Shown here: positions 46,201 to 58,696 of the stretch, in pieces
How positions within the stretch are numbered: position 1 is the stretch's first letter
How the letters are laid out: each line of letters opens with the position of its first letter
Assembly: GCA_050084515.1 (NCBI GenBank)
Contig: CM114271.1
Span: forward strand, 35,092,001 to 35,156,000
Direction of reading: 5' to 3'
DNA length: 64,000 nt
Source: Blasia pusilla
Taxonomy: Eukaryota
Notes under the pieces: generated by a model
What the model was told of the DNA's origin: nothing
Databases searched by the model: none
Seen by the model: the letters and a program-made list of their open reading frames with translations, nothing else
Made by a program: the position numbers and the translations under genes

Positions 46201-46385
46201 CGGAACGGGCCATTGCCTCATCGGCTCACGATACCCGCCCTTCTCTAGGCCCACCGGCCTGCTCCCGTGGTACTGGTGCATGCTGGGGTTCATGTGGGTC
46301 TACTCCTACTTGTCGACTCATCATATCCCACGAAAACCCCGTGGTCATCACGTGCTCCTCACTCATGTTGAGCTCTATTTAGGAT
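43266..46385 (-). mobile_element. Internally deleted, 5'-truncated relative of the DNMT/PHD Ty3 family with a split-repeat 3' end
   Basis: Gag knuckles CWTCGGSHRQRDC and CDHCHRYGHTRDSC; protease VLLDSGAQPLMLG; DNMT motif I RVLDLFGGIN (~44175-44210), then a jump to the 3' UTR. A 140-bp repeat at 43266-43405 and 43895-44034 brackets a ~487-bp block ending GTGACA. Confidence 0.88.
44423..44886. repeat. Tandem duplication with a ~232-bp unit in the protease C-terminal region
   Basis: 44423-44654 and 44655-44886 both encode MVRTRAITT...SYDVLVGSTVLYPLGFILDFWEE on the - strand. Confidence 0.9.
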
Positions 46386-49300
46386 CAAACTCCTTATCAC
46401 AAGGTATGCAACAAACCTTTGGCATAGATGTAGAAGTAGAAGGGTTATAATGAGAGAAGGTGAAGGTGCATGAGGTGATGATGGACGACAATGAAGGGGT
46501 AGGTAGGTTGGGGAAGGAGGAGGAGGAGGAAGAAGGGGGATAATGATAGAAAAGGTAGGAGTTGAAAGAAAGGATGGAGATGAGATACGTGAGGATGGAA
46601 ATGTAATAGGATTCGATAATAATGGATTGAGATTATGTTCAATAGGAGTAGAGAGGATATGCAAGAAATGTAGAGAGTGTAATAGGTGTATGAGTATCTA
46701 GAGAAAAATGGTGAGCTCCACGAATTTATGATGAGGAGGGAAACTAGGGAACTTGCTATCCCACACTTGTTCTTGCAATGTGGCCCGTATTTGGTCCGTG
46801 CCCTGCATGTGCCTCTCCTACGCAGATTGGACGTGGGCTAGATGCGGGTCAAAATTTTTCATTTAATATGAAAAAATAGCCCTCCCTCACAAGGTGGATG
46901 TGGGTTAGGATCGTGGGAGAGATGTGAGCAAAGGGAGAGGATGTAGTGCAGGATCTGGTGCGGGCAAGACGAGCCCGAGTGCGGAATGCCAACACTCGGG
47001 CCCGCACGGACATGTCCATCCCTAGTATACAAACACTAACTTTGTCTGTGTAAAACTTTGGCCCGTCAAGATTATCAAAATAAGACCAAACACACCAAAT
47101 ATCAACACTCAAAGAGAGTTATGAAGGAAATTGGAAACACTAAGAAAGAGGATGTCAGGAAAAAGTGAAAGCAACCCACCAATGACTGATATGAAGGAAC
47201 AAGGTCGTAATGTTAGGGCCGATCACTACCAAAAGATTGAGAAAAACAAGAGGAATCCTTTGAACCTATTGTAACTAGGAATCGCAGAGTAAGAAGAACG
47301 AAATATGTGAAATTGCCTTGAGGAATCTATAAGCATATTAAGGAAGTAGATGCAAAGATACCGAGAACTTTGGAAAATCCCAACTCAAGTGAAAAAAAAT
47401 ACACACACAATTCAAGCTTGAGAAAATAAAAAAGTTGAATTATAGATCGAAAAGATTGGAACACAATTAAAATAGTTACAAGCAAAACCTTTAACTATTA
47501 TCCATCTCCTCCTCCAACAAGTTCAATCCTTTTCCATCAATGACATGAATTATTTTATTTTTGAATGACAAGCATCAAACATAAAATAAAAATAACATTA
47601 TCCAATAATGATATAGAATTATTATCTCTCCATACGATTATGATAAAATTGAAAATATATGACAAGAATTAAACTTTGCTGTAACACGTGAACGTAATAT
47701 GATATAATCCCTCGACTTCAGTTATCGTTTTCTAACGGATAAGACAATGGATTTTTGGATTCTCTAATCCCAAGATCGTGTGTTTTTATTCCTTCCACGA
47801 ACTTCTGGAGAAATAATTTTTTTCCAAAGACGCTGATACCATAAAATGCCAAAATTACGACGTCCCAAACTGCGTAGCTATGTACATACAATCATCACAC
47901 CATATCCCGTACAAGATACCGTATATATTGGGACAAACGTCAATTAGGACAACCCTTGAGTCTGCTTAGCGTTCCAAATTAGTGGGAACACCCTCCGCCA
48001 CGGTCCTAGACGAGTGACCAGTCTAGACCTACAGCCTTCCTAGGGGAATTGAGGGTACAGTACTGTCTGCATAGGTTGGAATAGATTCTACCGATCTAAA
48101 TATATAGGTTTCCTTATCCATCCCCATATACGAGTAATTGTACATCTATCTTGAATACAGTTTACGTGTACATGGAAACAGTGCACAGCCGATCACCATT
48201 ACACCACACACGTATGTTCCCCTTTTACCCACCCACCCCATACATCATAACTGTATTTTTGGGAAAAGGTTTTGTTTCCAGAGTAGACCAAGAGTTATGA
48301 ATTACAAACTAGAAATTCTTGTAAAAAACTTGTAGGATTCTATAGGGCACACTAGTCTATTTTTGAAGAAAGGAAAAAGAGTTTCCTCGTTTGGAAAGCG
48401 TTTCATCATACACGAATAGTTTGGAATCTGAAGATCATGGTGTGGCGTAAATACGAGATCTCCCTCTTTTGCGGAAGAATGTAGTTTAGAAATTCGTTCT
48501 GGTCCATGGAAAGACTTTGGGTCCCACTTAGAAGTTCCGTTGTCATTATGTCTTCTTTGCTAATCACGTCTTAATGTGGCTCCCACTATTTCGTTCATGG
48601 CTTGCATGCTTTCCACAAGAAGACAACAAGGAAATACGGAGTTACATCTGGAATTCTGTGCACCAATGGGGAGATGATACGTGTTGGAACCTCTTAACTT
48701 CTCCTAACCCTCTAACTTTCAAATAAATCATGAGGTTACATTTAAGAAAAAAGAAAATATGCTTACCATTCGTTACCATTCGTTAGCAAGGATATCACAT
48801 ATTTATATATTATTATTGGAGAGATTTTTTTTGAAAATTTTCTCTTTTTGACACTTATATTTTCAGTCAACAAGATATTGGCCTTTTGAGTCAACAGAAC
48901 TGTTGAAAATTAATTTAAAATGATATGAAAATTCTGAGAGTTGATTATGAGAGGTAATTTAAATCCGGGCATTGAACGAGCTTACATGAGTGAAAATTAG
49001 AACGAGAAATGACATGTTGACATCATATGAAGAAGGTGTCATATATAATTAGCTTTAGTAAGAATGCTTGTGCAATGCAATTGAGTCGTAACCTAGAGAC
49101 GATAGGTATGGGAAGTTCATTTTCCGGAAACCTATGATTGTTGGCAACCAAATGTTAATGTTGAAAATTACGCAGAGGGTTCTGGTATGAAAAGACAAAT
49201 AATAGAAAGGTAGCAAGTATCCACGATTAATTTTACATTCAAGTGAATATTTGATATTAAAAAAATTCACGCGGTGCATTTTTGGTAAATACTTGGTCCG

Positions 49301-49599
49301 TCGAAAAAATTTCGGAGCCTCTTTGCCTTTATATTCCAAGTATCACATAGATTTGAACATATCTCCAACTTCCAATCTAGTTTCAAATCCTTGGCAAGAT
49401 TGGAAATTGGTCAAGCCTCCCTCCCTTAGGAGCCAAGGATTCAATCTCTCATATGCCATCTCTTTCCCCTCCTACTACTCTTATCAAAATAACATCCCTT
49501 CCAGGATTTGAACTAGCTAGACCTTCCACCATTTGGGAACCAAGGATCCTATCCCTTTATAATACTTTAAGCTTATAATAAAAAGCTCCTAAGTAATAC

Positions 49600-51305
49600 A
49601 AAAGAATACTCACACATTATATTCTAGCAATATTAGCTAATACAAGTAGCCCAAAGAACTTATAGTGCAAAGATGACTTCCAACTTACCATAGCCCATAA
49701 GTCTTAAAAGTTTATGTTTTCCACTCAAAAGGTGGAAAGAAATAAAATTTCAACTTTCTATCTTTCCACAGAAATAAGCTTCAAGGACTGAACTTCATGT
49801 TTCATCTCTTTAGGGTTTACAAGTGCAACCTCCAAATTATCCCTCAAAGACAATGCCACTCCAAAACGTACACATAACTCATCTACATATGTACAATGTC
49901 AACTCTTCAACCCTACTTGCCTTGAAGGCATATTTAGAGGATTCAATATCCTCATTACACCAAACAAACTATTATCCCTTAAGTGGTTGTGTAAAACATG
50001 CATATACACTCTCAAAAAGATTATTTTGGAAGGTAAGAGCAGCCTCCAAATCCTTTCTAGTCGGATCTCTCACTACATCGATGTTATGGAGCTTTCATCC
50101 CCTTATGTAAGATTGCAAGCGTTTTAGATATCCACCACCGTGCGGAGGGTGTTGAAATCAAGTAATAGACAATAATTTGTATCCTCTGAGAAGGGAGAAG
50201 CATTTAAGTTGTGGTTCTCCATTAAAAAGTTCATTGTGATGGAAAAATTCAGAACTCACTATATCACCAATAGTACTAACATCTATAAATTTATATTGGA
50301 AGACTTTACTCAAGTTAGCAAGAGTGAACAAAATATGAGCTTGAAAGTAGAGTTGGTTGCACATGAATAAAGTCCGTGTGTGTGGGCATGTCTATGCCCA
50401 CGGACTTATTTCCATCCTAAAGAAGGACATGTCCGTGCAGGCCCAGGTACGCACGACCTGCAGTTGATCCGGCCAAGCCCGCTACGTAGATCCGGACGTG
50501 CCGAGTCTGCACCTACTTTGTGGCCCAAGTGAAGCCCGCAAGGTTGACTGGGCCCCCAGTAGGTGAGCTCAAGCCCACACACATGGCGGGCTCAACTGTG
50601 GGCCTTGTGCACGCATGGCTACTCGCCTACCACAAGCTCCGCGCGGGCTACAAAGTGGGTTCAGGCTTAGCCCGCCCGGGTCTACACGGTAGGCTTAGAT
50701 GCGGGCCGCGGGTACCCGAGCGGCATGTCCGTCCCATGGACGGACTTGATCGTTTCCGTGCAACCTTGGTTGGTAGATCATTTGAAATGATCTCAACCTA
50801 TTATAAAGATTAGTAGCATTACCATCGTCCTTGGATGGGGAAATATTTCTGAAATATCTAAGAATTGATTCCAACAAATCACACAATTTAGTAAACGCTT
50901 GCTAATATAAGAACTAAAAAAATATAAAATGCTAATATAAATTTTTTTATGATACCTCTTCATAAATCTCTCCATTGAACTTGTCATTGAACTTCTCTTG
51001 CAATATTGCCAGAGCACACTTCCTCTTGGAAGACCTACTTAAATATCCAACTATAGTGTTTAGGATGGAATCTATTTTTGTTTATATATGGATCCTTGCA
51101 AGTTGGTGCTTTGACTCTTGTCATAGCAACCAAATTGGTTCTATTTGCAACACAATGCATAAATAACAAGAAGGGATTTAGCTTCATTAGTTGCGAGGCT
51201 ATCCCATTTTGACTCCCTACCATAGTTGAGGATCCATTAGAGGCCAAAGCCGCCATTTTCATGGTCTCTAGTTCCGAGTCCTTCACCAACTCCAAACGGT
51301 AATTA
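49600..51305 (-). pseudogene. hAT transposase remnant (ZNF862-like type), interrupted by MITE copy 3
   Basis: ASNGSSTMVGSQNGIASQLMKLNPFLLFMHCVANRTNL matches the DGAS.M.G...GV...P.L...HC.AHR.NL pattern. ILFTLANLSKVFQ lies downstream. Left boundary approximate. Confidence 0.7.
50355..50768. mobile_element. hAT-type MITE, copy 3 (left end clipped)
   Basis: GGTTGCACATG... / ...TTTCCGTGCAACCTTG. The right flank GTTGGTAG partly recurs at the left (GTTGGT). Interior homologous to copies 1 and 2. Confidence 0.82.
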
Positions 51306-51308
51306 GTA

Positions 51309-52490
51309 ATGGCATTTGAAATTTCTCTAGACATTGCATCAATTCTAAACCTTGATGAATGCAGAGGAGTAGCTAGGCCGAGCCAGACCACTAGTAGCAT
51401 AAAAAATAAGCAAGGTGATACGAGGGATTCTTTCAACATCCAAGGAATAGCAATTGCAAATAACATGTGGGCGAAGTGTTTATACGAATGTGGAATACCA
51501 TTCAACGTAGTATGGAAAAATAGTTTCAAGCAAGCGGTATTGGTAATAACAAACGTGAAGGGTTACTCAGGTCGTAGTTATAATTCATTGCATACCACTC
51601 TACTTGAGAAACATATGGGGAAGGTGAAAGAAAAGATGGATGGCATATTGGATAATTTGTGTTTGGGGATCATGATCATCATAAATTCTTGGACCAATGT
51701 GAGGAGTAAGTCTTTAGTAAACATCATGGTCTTGTGAGTCGTGTCCACAAGGTGAGGTCATGATCGCCTCGGTAGATATCAAGGGGCAATCCCAAATGAA
51801 TGAATGGTTGGCAGATCATATAATGAGGACTATTATGCACATAGGTCCAAATTAAGAATGTGTTGCAACTTATGACAGACAGCGATAGCAATGAGCAAGC
51901 AACTTATTGAAGCAAAGTTTCCATATATTCTTTGGGGTGGATGTATATCACATTCTCTTGATCGGGTATGCAAAGAATGGGATAAGTGGCCTTATGTGGA
52001 TAAGATTTTTTCACAAGCTAGTGAGATGGTTGAATTTTTTAAGACAAGAACTCGGGTGTTGGCCTAATTCATGGAAACCAACTAAGTGAAGAGATGATTG
52101 TTGCCTCTTGCAAACACATGCTTTGCAACAAAACATATTATGTTGGGATATGTCTTAGAATTGAAGGAGGGGTTCCATGCCATGGTTTCCACAAATTATT
52201 TTTAGGGAGTATTTCAATGGAAGGGATGCGAGGCAAATGAAGAAGGCACGAGAGATTGGGACTATTATGGCCTATTATAATATTTGGATAGAAGGTGAAA
52301 AGTTTTTTGTTGTGGCTTTTCCAACTCTTATTCCGTTAAGAGAGTGTGATGGTCATAAGCCAATGACGAGGCATATTTATTGCCATATATTTGAGATAAT
52401 TGAAGAGACCCTTTTTTTTCCTATAACTCCATGGCCTAGTGTGGAATCGTGGATGGAGGATATCACGGTTTTTTTATGACAATGTTGAGA
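51309..52490 (+). pseudogene. hAT transposase remnant (DUF659 type)
   Basis: WAKCLYECGIPFNVV, SYNSLHTTLL, NSWTNVRSKSLVNIMV and the CxxH motif FWGGCISHSLD (~51930); several stops and frameshifts. Confidence 0.85.
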
Positions 52491-52510
52491 GCTACAGAAA
52501 TGACTATTCC

Positions 52511-52632
52511 TACATGTCACATGTCACCTCCTCACTAGCCTCTAGATCTAAGGACCCTCTATCAGACCTCGCCATCAAAGTCTTGACACCCTGACTCTCC
52601 ATAGCCAACAAGCTCAAATAGGCCGACGTGTG
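52511..52632 (-). mobile_element. Left piece of an older family copy into which the 52633-62958 element inserted
   Basis: Encodes SAYLSLLAMESQGVKTLMARSDRGSLDLEASEE, homologous to 55020-55135; continues at 62959. Confidence 0.85.
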
Positions 52633-52743
52633 TGTCATGCGTATATACATCGCTGTCATCCAACACACACACAAACATGCACGATCCCATGCTAACTCAT
52701 GGCATCCAAACAACGAGACAAGAAGTACCAAAATATCTCCAAT
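52633..52743 (-). repeat. Repeat A, terminal copy at the element 3' end
   Basis: TGTCATGCG...CCAAAATATCTCCAAT, repeated at 53259-53386. Confidence 0.92.
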
Positions 52744-53256
52744 AAAGTAAGATCCAATCTCTCTCTACACAATCTCACACCATAGCTCTCAAAGGTGTGC
52801 ACTCTCTTTCATGTCAAACCAAACCCAGTCTCCTAATGAGAGGCTTGGGTTTCACTCACAAGGCAAGGGATCATAGCTCCACCGCCTCATGCCAAGAGGT
52901 TCAACAAAGAGTGAATGAGCTCTCAAGCTCTCTCTCCTTGGGATATATATCCCTCCCCTCTCCCAAGCTCTCTCCATGGTAACCTATTCTCCTAAGTCAC
53001 CTCCTTGGCTCTTGACCTGATGTAGGAGGTCAAGGGTTACTTACCAAAAATAGAAAGTTGATCATATACTCAAATGGTACTTATCTAAAATAGTAAGTTC
53101 CTCAATATGGCTCCAAACGAGCCAAAACGAAGGGGAAACCTACTCTCTCAGGTTTCTCGGGCCTCAGTAGGTCATCCTCGACCTCCTAGGCCTGTCCTCC
53201 ACTACTCTTGAAGACGTTTTACTAGATCTCGCCGATCTATCCTAAAGGATGTGATA
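52744..53256 (-). repeat. Repeat B, LTR-like internal 3' copy
   Basis: Aligns with 62451-62958; by-eye count is about 19 substitutions and 3 indels over ~505 bp. Confidence 0.95.
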
Positions 53257-53258
53257 GT

Positions 53259-53386
53259 TGTCATGCGCATACACATCGCTATACAACATACATCGCTGTC
53301 ACCAAACACACACACAAACACCCACGATCCCATGCTAACTCATGGCATCCAAACAATGAGACAAGAAGTACCAAAATATCTCCAAT
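53259..53386 (-). repeat. Repeat A', internal copy separated from B by 2 nt
   Basis: Junction ...GGATGTGATA|GT|TGTCATGCGC...; same sequence as A plus a ~17-bp internal duplication. Confidence 0.92.
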
Positions 53387-53570
53387 TGCCCCCTAGTTGG
53401 TGGTTAGGTCCCTCTAACTCCAGATAGCCATCTATTCCTACCTACCATGACATACATCTCTCGGATGCTAAGAGCAAAAGCCCGGGTGCTCATGTGGCCC
53501 CATCGTTAGTCGCCTTCCCGTCATCCATGTAAGAGAAAAATTCGGGATCGAAACCTACCTAGTATCTCCT

Positions 53571-54830
53571 CTATGTACATTTGGGACACATCCATCGTCC
53601 CCGAGGAACCCTAGTGAGAGGTGGCCTCAGACATGCCATATGCCAACCTATCGAACAAACATCACAGACTAGCATCGTGGCCGCACCACGGGAAGAACCA
53701 CACAACATACAACACAAGCCTGCAAGAACTACTGCTAAGCTCAGATCCACTGTAACATCAATGTTAGGAAGGTGACATGGTGCACAATTACGCACATGGT
53801 CCTTCCATACCATACCATCGCGTCCCTCTAGCAAGAGAACACCGGATGGCAAAACGTCACGCACTCTCAAGATAGTGCGCCTGCGATCACATCCAACGCC
53901 GCGGTGCCGCCGCCTGCGCCGCAAGTAGACATAATCTCCGTGATGAAACCTTCGGATAGTTGGTCGATAACCACCACCCCGAATAGTCGCATACCTCAAC
54001 GTATCCCGATGTTGCGCAATCGCCAAGTTCTCGAACGCCATGGGCATCACTCTCTGAAACAACTCAGCCCTTTGAGAACATGCTCGCATCCATACATCTA
54101 GGTTATCAAGGTCCAGCACCTCACCAACATCTTGACGAATGGCCGCACGTTAATCTGGCTCTCGGCCATAAAGTAGCAAGTACGTTGAAAAAGATGCTAA
54201 GGATGCGTGCTTGGTGAATCTGTATCCCATCGCCAACCAGGGCAACTGGAGGTCCCAATCTCCTATGTGACCTCTTTGCAAGCCATACTTGGGTAAACCC
54301 CTCTTCACCGTCTGCACAACTCTCTCCGCTAATCCATCCGCCTCGAGATGATCTCGCAAAGTCGTACGATGGTCGATGAGCACTGATCACACAAGGCCTG
54401 AAACTCACCGCGAAACTCGGTACCCTGGCCTGTCAACACCTCAGCCGGTGTGCCATAATGACTCAACACTCTATCAAGGAAGGCATAAGCTACTCCCTCA
54501 CTCGCTTTGTCAGGAAATGCAACCAACTCGATCCACTTCGAGAAGTGCTCGACCATCACCAACACATAACGACTGTGACGCTTTGTCAAAGGCAAAGGTC
54601 TTGCAAAATCCAAACTCCATCTATACCCTAAGCCCATGATCGCTAATGGATGCAACTGTGGAGTCGGAGCATTGAACGATGCTCGGACCCGATCACAAAC
54701 CATGCACTTGGCAAAAAATTGCTGAACGTCAGTCTGCATGCCTCACTACCAATACTCAATCTGGAGCAAGTTGTACGTCCGCTTCACCCCAAAGTGACCC
54801 AACTCCTCGTGGGCACGCTCCACTAGTCGT
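53571..54830 (-). pseudogene. DDE integrase with a C-terminal PHD finger (PHD at 53574-53714)
   Basis: HHCC AHEELGHFG...CMVC; core WSLDF...VEHFSKW...LTGQG...GLAERVV; C4HC3 PHD CMLC...MLVCDVCSIGWHMACLRPPLTRVPRGRWMCPKC. Frameshifted. Confidence 0.93.
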
Positions 54831-55218
54831 GCTCTCAACGAAGGATGTGGCACTATGCGTACTGTGCCATCCTCCCAAACCCTCAAAATATGTGTCCCCT
54901 CCCAACGGAACCGTCTGGCCCGCTGTAGGATCCGATCTCGCTCTCTAGCACCCACAGTGCTCGCAACGCTGTCAGTACAAAGGTACTCCAAGACTACTCC
55001 ATCATCATGAATATCTCGGCCACGTGTCCTCTCCTCATTGGCCTCGGGATCCAAGGACTCTCCACTAGACCTCGCCATCGAAGTCTCCACACTCTGGCTC
55101 TCCATAGCCAACATGCCTAAATAGGCTGACGCGTGCCATCCTGGCACTGACTCCTCATCACTCTCTCCATGCCATCGAGCTCCAGTCGCATCTCGTTGAC
55201 TCGAGCATGGGTTAAGAC

Positions 55219-56646
55219 TCAACCCATCTGCATCCTGGTTGAGCGTCCCAAGTCTATGTACCACCTGAAATCATATTCCTGCAACAATAGAGCCCATCTC
55301 GCAAGCTTCCCTGTAAGCTTGTCAGACTCCATCAACCACTTCAGTGGTTGATGATCAGTGATGATGGTAAAGGGGTTGCCGAATAAGTAACATCTGAAAT
55401 GCGTGACACCCCACATCGCAGCCAAGCACTCACCCTCATACGAGCTGTACTTCGCCTCTCCAGCGTTGTTTGAGCGGCAAGCATAAGCCACCACGAACTC
55501 TCTACCCTCATCATCATGTTGGGTGAGCACCGCTCCAAGCCCCAACATGCTCCAATCTGTGTGCAACTGGAAAGGACGCCCCCGGATCCGTCTCCTCAAG
55601 ATGGGCGCAGACGTCAATCTGTCCTTGAGCAACTGAAATGCTCGCTCTTGGTCATCCCCCCAGTGCCACTCATGATCCACCTTTTCAGCAAGGTCAGGGG
55701 CTTCGCAATCGAATTGAATCCGTTGATGTACCGCCGATAGAAGTTCGCCAATCCCATGAATGGGCGAACACGGCTCACATCTATAGGGCGTGGAATGCGT
55801 GAGATAGCCTCTACCTTTGTATGCTGAACATCAAGGCCCCCTAGGTATATCGTATGACCCAAGTACTCAATTTGGTCGTAGAAGAACTTGCACTTGCTTG
55901 GATGTAGCTTGAGCCCATGTAATTGCAATTGTCGAAACACCTCCTCTAGATGTCGCTCATGCTCCTCAACCGTGGCGCTAAAGACTATGATGTGATCAAT
56001 ATAACACCTAGCAAAATCCAGACTAGCCAAGATCCTATCCATGACCCTTTGGAACTCAGCCGGAGCGTTCTTTAACCCAAATGGTAAGAACAGCCAGTGG
56101 TACAAACAATCCTTCCCGTGAGGATCGATGCCCCAAAATGCCGTCTTCTGCATGTCCTCCAATCTGATAGGCAGTCGATGGTATCTGGCTCGCAAATCCA
56201 ATGAACTGAAGACCTATGCGTGACCAATCACATCACAAATCTCCTTTAGGGGCGGGCATGGCATACCTATCGGACTTCGTCTGTCGATTGATAGGTCGGT
56301 AATCCCCACACATCCGCCTATCCGTCCAGTTGCCATGCACATGCTTCTTGGCGCGCATGACAGTGGCAGATGCATACTCCCCATGGGACATCTCCACTAG
56401 TCCTGCTCTGACCAAGTCTTGGCTCCTACTCTGAATCAGAGCCCTCTCCATATCACTGTACCTATAGGGTCGTCGGAAGATCGGCATGTCACTCGACAAC
56501 TCAATGCGGATCCCCGGTCCCTTCAGCGTACCCAAATCCTCCATGGTAAATGAAAAGCAGCTCCTATAACTCTTGAGGAACTGATGTATCCGGCGCCGCT
56601 CTCCTACTGTCAACTTAGGGCCCATATCTGGCTCCCAAGTCTCCAT
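55219..56646 (-). pseudogene. Ty3/gypsy reverse transcriptase and RNase H
   Basis: RMCGDYRPIN, DLRARYHRL, KTAF, LPFGLKNAPAEFQR, CYIDHIIVFS (YxDD mutated), YLGH; RNase H HTDWS, YEGECLA, TDHQPL. Confidence 0.95.
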
Positions 56647-56989
56647 CGTGACTACGGTAGGACTCTCAGGTGCGGGTATTGGTGGTTGCTATGGTGCAAC
56701 CCCATCTTGAACAACAACACTCGGCTGCTCTTCTACTTCCAACTGCAAATTCTGATCTCCTCCACATGCAGTGCTCAATACCATGCTCGATGCTGTGGCT
56801 ATCATCTTCTGGCGTACCTGCAAAAAATCCCAAGAAGTCCAAGGGTGTCTCTCCCGATCTCCCCTGGTGTGTTGATCTCCTCGGGTCTCGCCCCTAGCCA
56901 CTGCCTCCACCGTCTCCGTAGGCATGGGGCTCACCAACGCTACCGCTGTGATCTGTCGCGATCTCATCTGACGCTGCTCAGCTACTCCC

Positions 56990-57934
56990 AAGATGAAGAT
57001 CCATGTCAAGCAGTTCAGGTCCATCGCCTGACCCAAGACATGGCGTCGTGATGCCTCTGATACTGACGGGACTGCCGTCACTCCTGTGGGAAATCCCATC
57101 GCCCACTCTCTCTCGTCGGCGTTAGGCTCCACCAACCTTTGAACTTGGTAATCCCAAACCAAGCCACGATCGGCCTCCTTGTATGCATAGGAAGCGGGAA
57201 AACTCACAAACGTGGGAAAGGCTGCCCGCAACCTACCTACCCTATTGACCACAGTCAGCGGTGGTCGATCATCGTGCCTCACTGCTTGTGATCGAAGACC
57301 TGGATCTAGAATGGAATCCACTAACAAATGGGAGGGGCGCTCCACTTTTGCATATGCCCTCCATAACACCGCATGGGGCACCAAGTTGGTTCACCATAGA
57401 CGCAGGGGATGGGCTCTAGAACCTACACTCGCCGCATCCAAGAACACTTCTGGGCCGATCCAGGCACGCACCTGATGAGCACTTGTCACCACCCGTGACA
57501 TGGAGTCTCCTAAGATGGGCACATTCTTCCGAATGTAGATTGGAGAACGAGACTCGTGCTCCTACAACTGCCGTAAGACCCTCAACATATCCCAAAACAA
57601 TCTGGACCGAGTGTCGCCCAACCGCTACCTCGTCCAACACACAATTGGCCCTAACATGGCCAACCGGGATTGACCAAATCAATGGTCCCTACCCGCTCTA
57701 AGTCCTGCGCCCCCAACAAGGAAATATCCCTCGGTAGGGAACTCTGGTACCCTGTACCGTGGACGCAGACAATAAGTCGGGAAAACGGAGGCGTAACTGC
57801 GCCACATATCGTAGTGAGACGCGCCTCGCAACATCATCACTCTCCACATATAGGTACTGCTGTACTCGCACTCCTGCTTGCAAAACAACAGCTAACCTGG
57901 TGCTAATCCCTCCAAAGAGATCTAACACTCGAAT
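56990..57934 (-). pseudogene. DNMT3-like C5-cytosine methyltransferase catalytic domain within the retrotransposon polyprotein
   Basis: Across frameshifts: motif I IRVLDLFGGIST; II YLYVE; III RDIS; IV IDLVNPGWPC*G (catalytic PC at 57654-57659); RSRLFWDMLRVL; VI YIRKNV (ENV); VIII LDAASVGSRAHPLRLW*TNL; IX-X EREWAMGFPTGVT...SRRHVLGQAM. Confidence 0.92.
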
Positions 57935-58329
57935 ACCCTCCTCCGGGATACACCACATAATGGGTGTGGTATCCAAGGGTGTCATCGTAGCACTCCCTGA
58001 TACCTTGGGTTCCTCAGACCCATCCCGCTCCGGTACAAACACCTCGCTCCACGCGGTCTGCATGTTCTCATTTGCCAATCGTCGAAGCTTCTCAGTCGAG
58101 CCCCACAGCGGCACCACTCCTCCACGGAATGATGCAGCTACCATAACACTCCTCTCCATAGAAATGTCAGGAACGGAAGTATCCTCTACATGGACATATC
58201 CCTCAATCAAATCAATGGGCCAAGTGATGGCATTGCTAAATGTTGCTAAGGTCGCCATCTCTCTTGGCCGTTGCTTGATAACTCCACCTATGAATTGAAC
58301 GGGTAATGAACTAAGGCGCCCATCACTTG

Positions 58330-58696
58330 ACTGCCATCCTGGTCTGTAGGATGCTGACTCCTCCCAATAATCCAGGGCAAACCCCATCGGGTATAACACA
58401 GCTCCACCCACCAAGACGTCATAGGACTCTGGATCAGTCACTATAGCCTTGGCTCGCACCACGGACTCATCTATAGGATGTCTCGGGCGAATTCTCACCA
58501 CGACCTCCTGTCGGGTGATATACTGTGTGGTACTTGCTCCACCCAAGGATATCTGTATCCGGAATGGACAACACTCCACATCGGCTCTCGTCAAGCCCAA
58601 TCCTCTAAATGACGCCTTCCCCAACATCAGAGGTTGCGCTCCTGAATCCAGCAAGACGCGTTGCGGACTAAAAGCTCCACCTCGGGGACTCACCAA
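58330..58696 (-). pseudogene. Retropepsin-like aspartic protease
   Basis: VLLDSGAQ catalytic motif and YDVLVGG; in the same open frame as DNMT motif I (ORF 57698-58696). Confidence 0.9.

Noticed and set aside
52633-53256. A+B as a conventional 3' LTR
   Set aside because: The 5' end carries only B, and A recurs on the inner side of B.
56689-58696. Stand-alone host DNMT gene or bacterial restriction-modification methylase
   Set aside because: The domain is in frame with the retroviral-type protease, flanked by RT, and recurs at the same position in other copies of the element.
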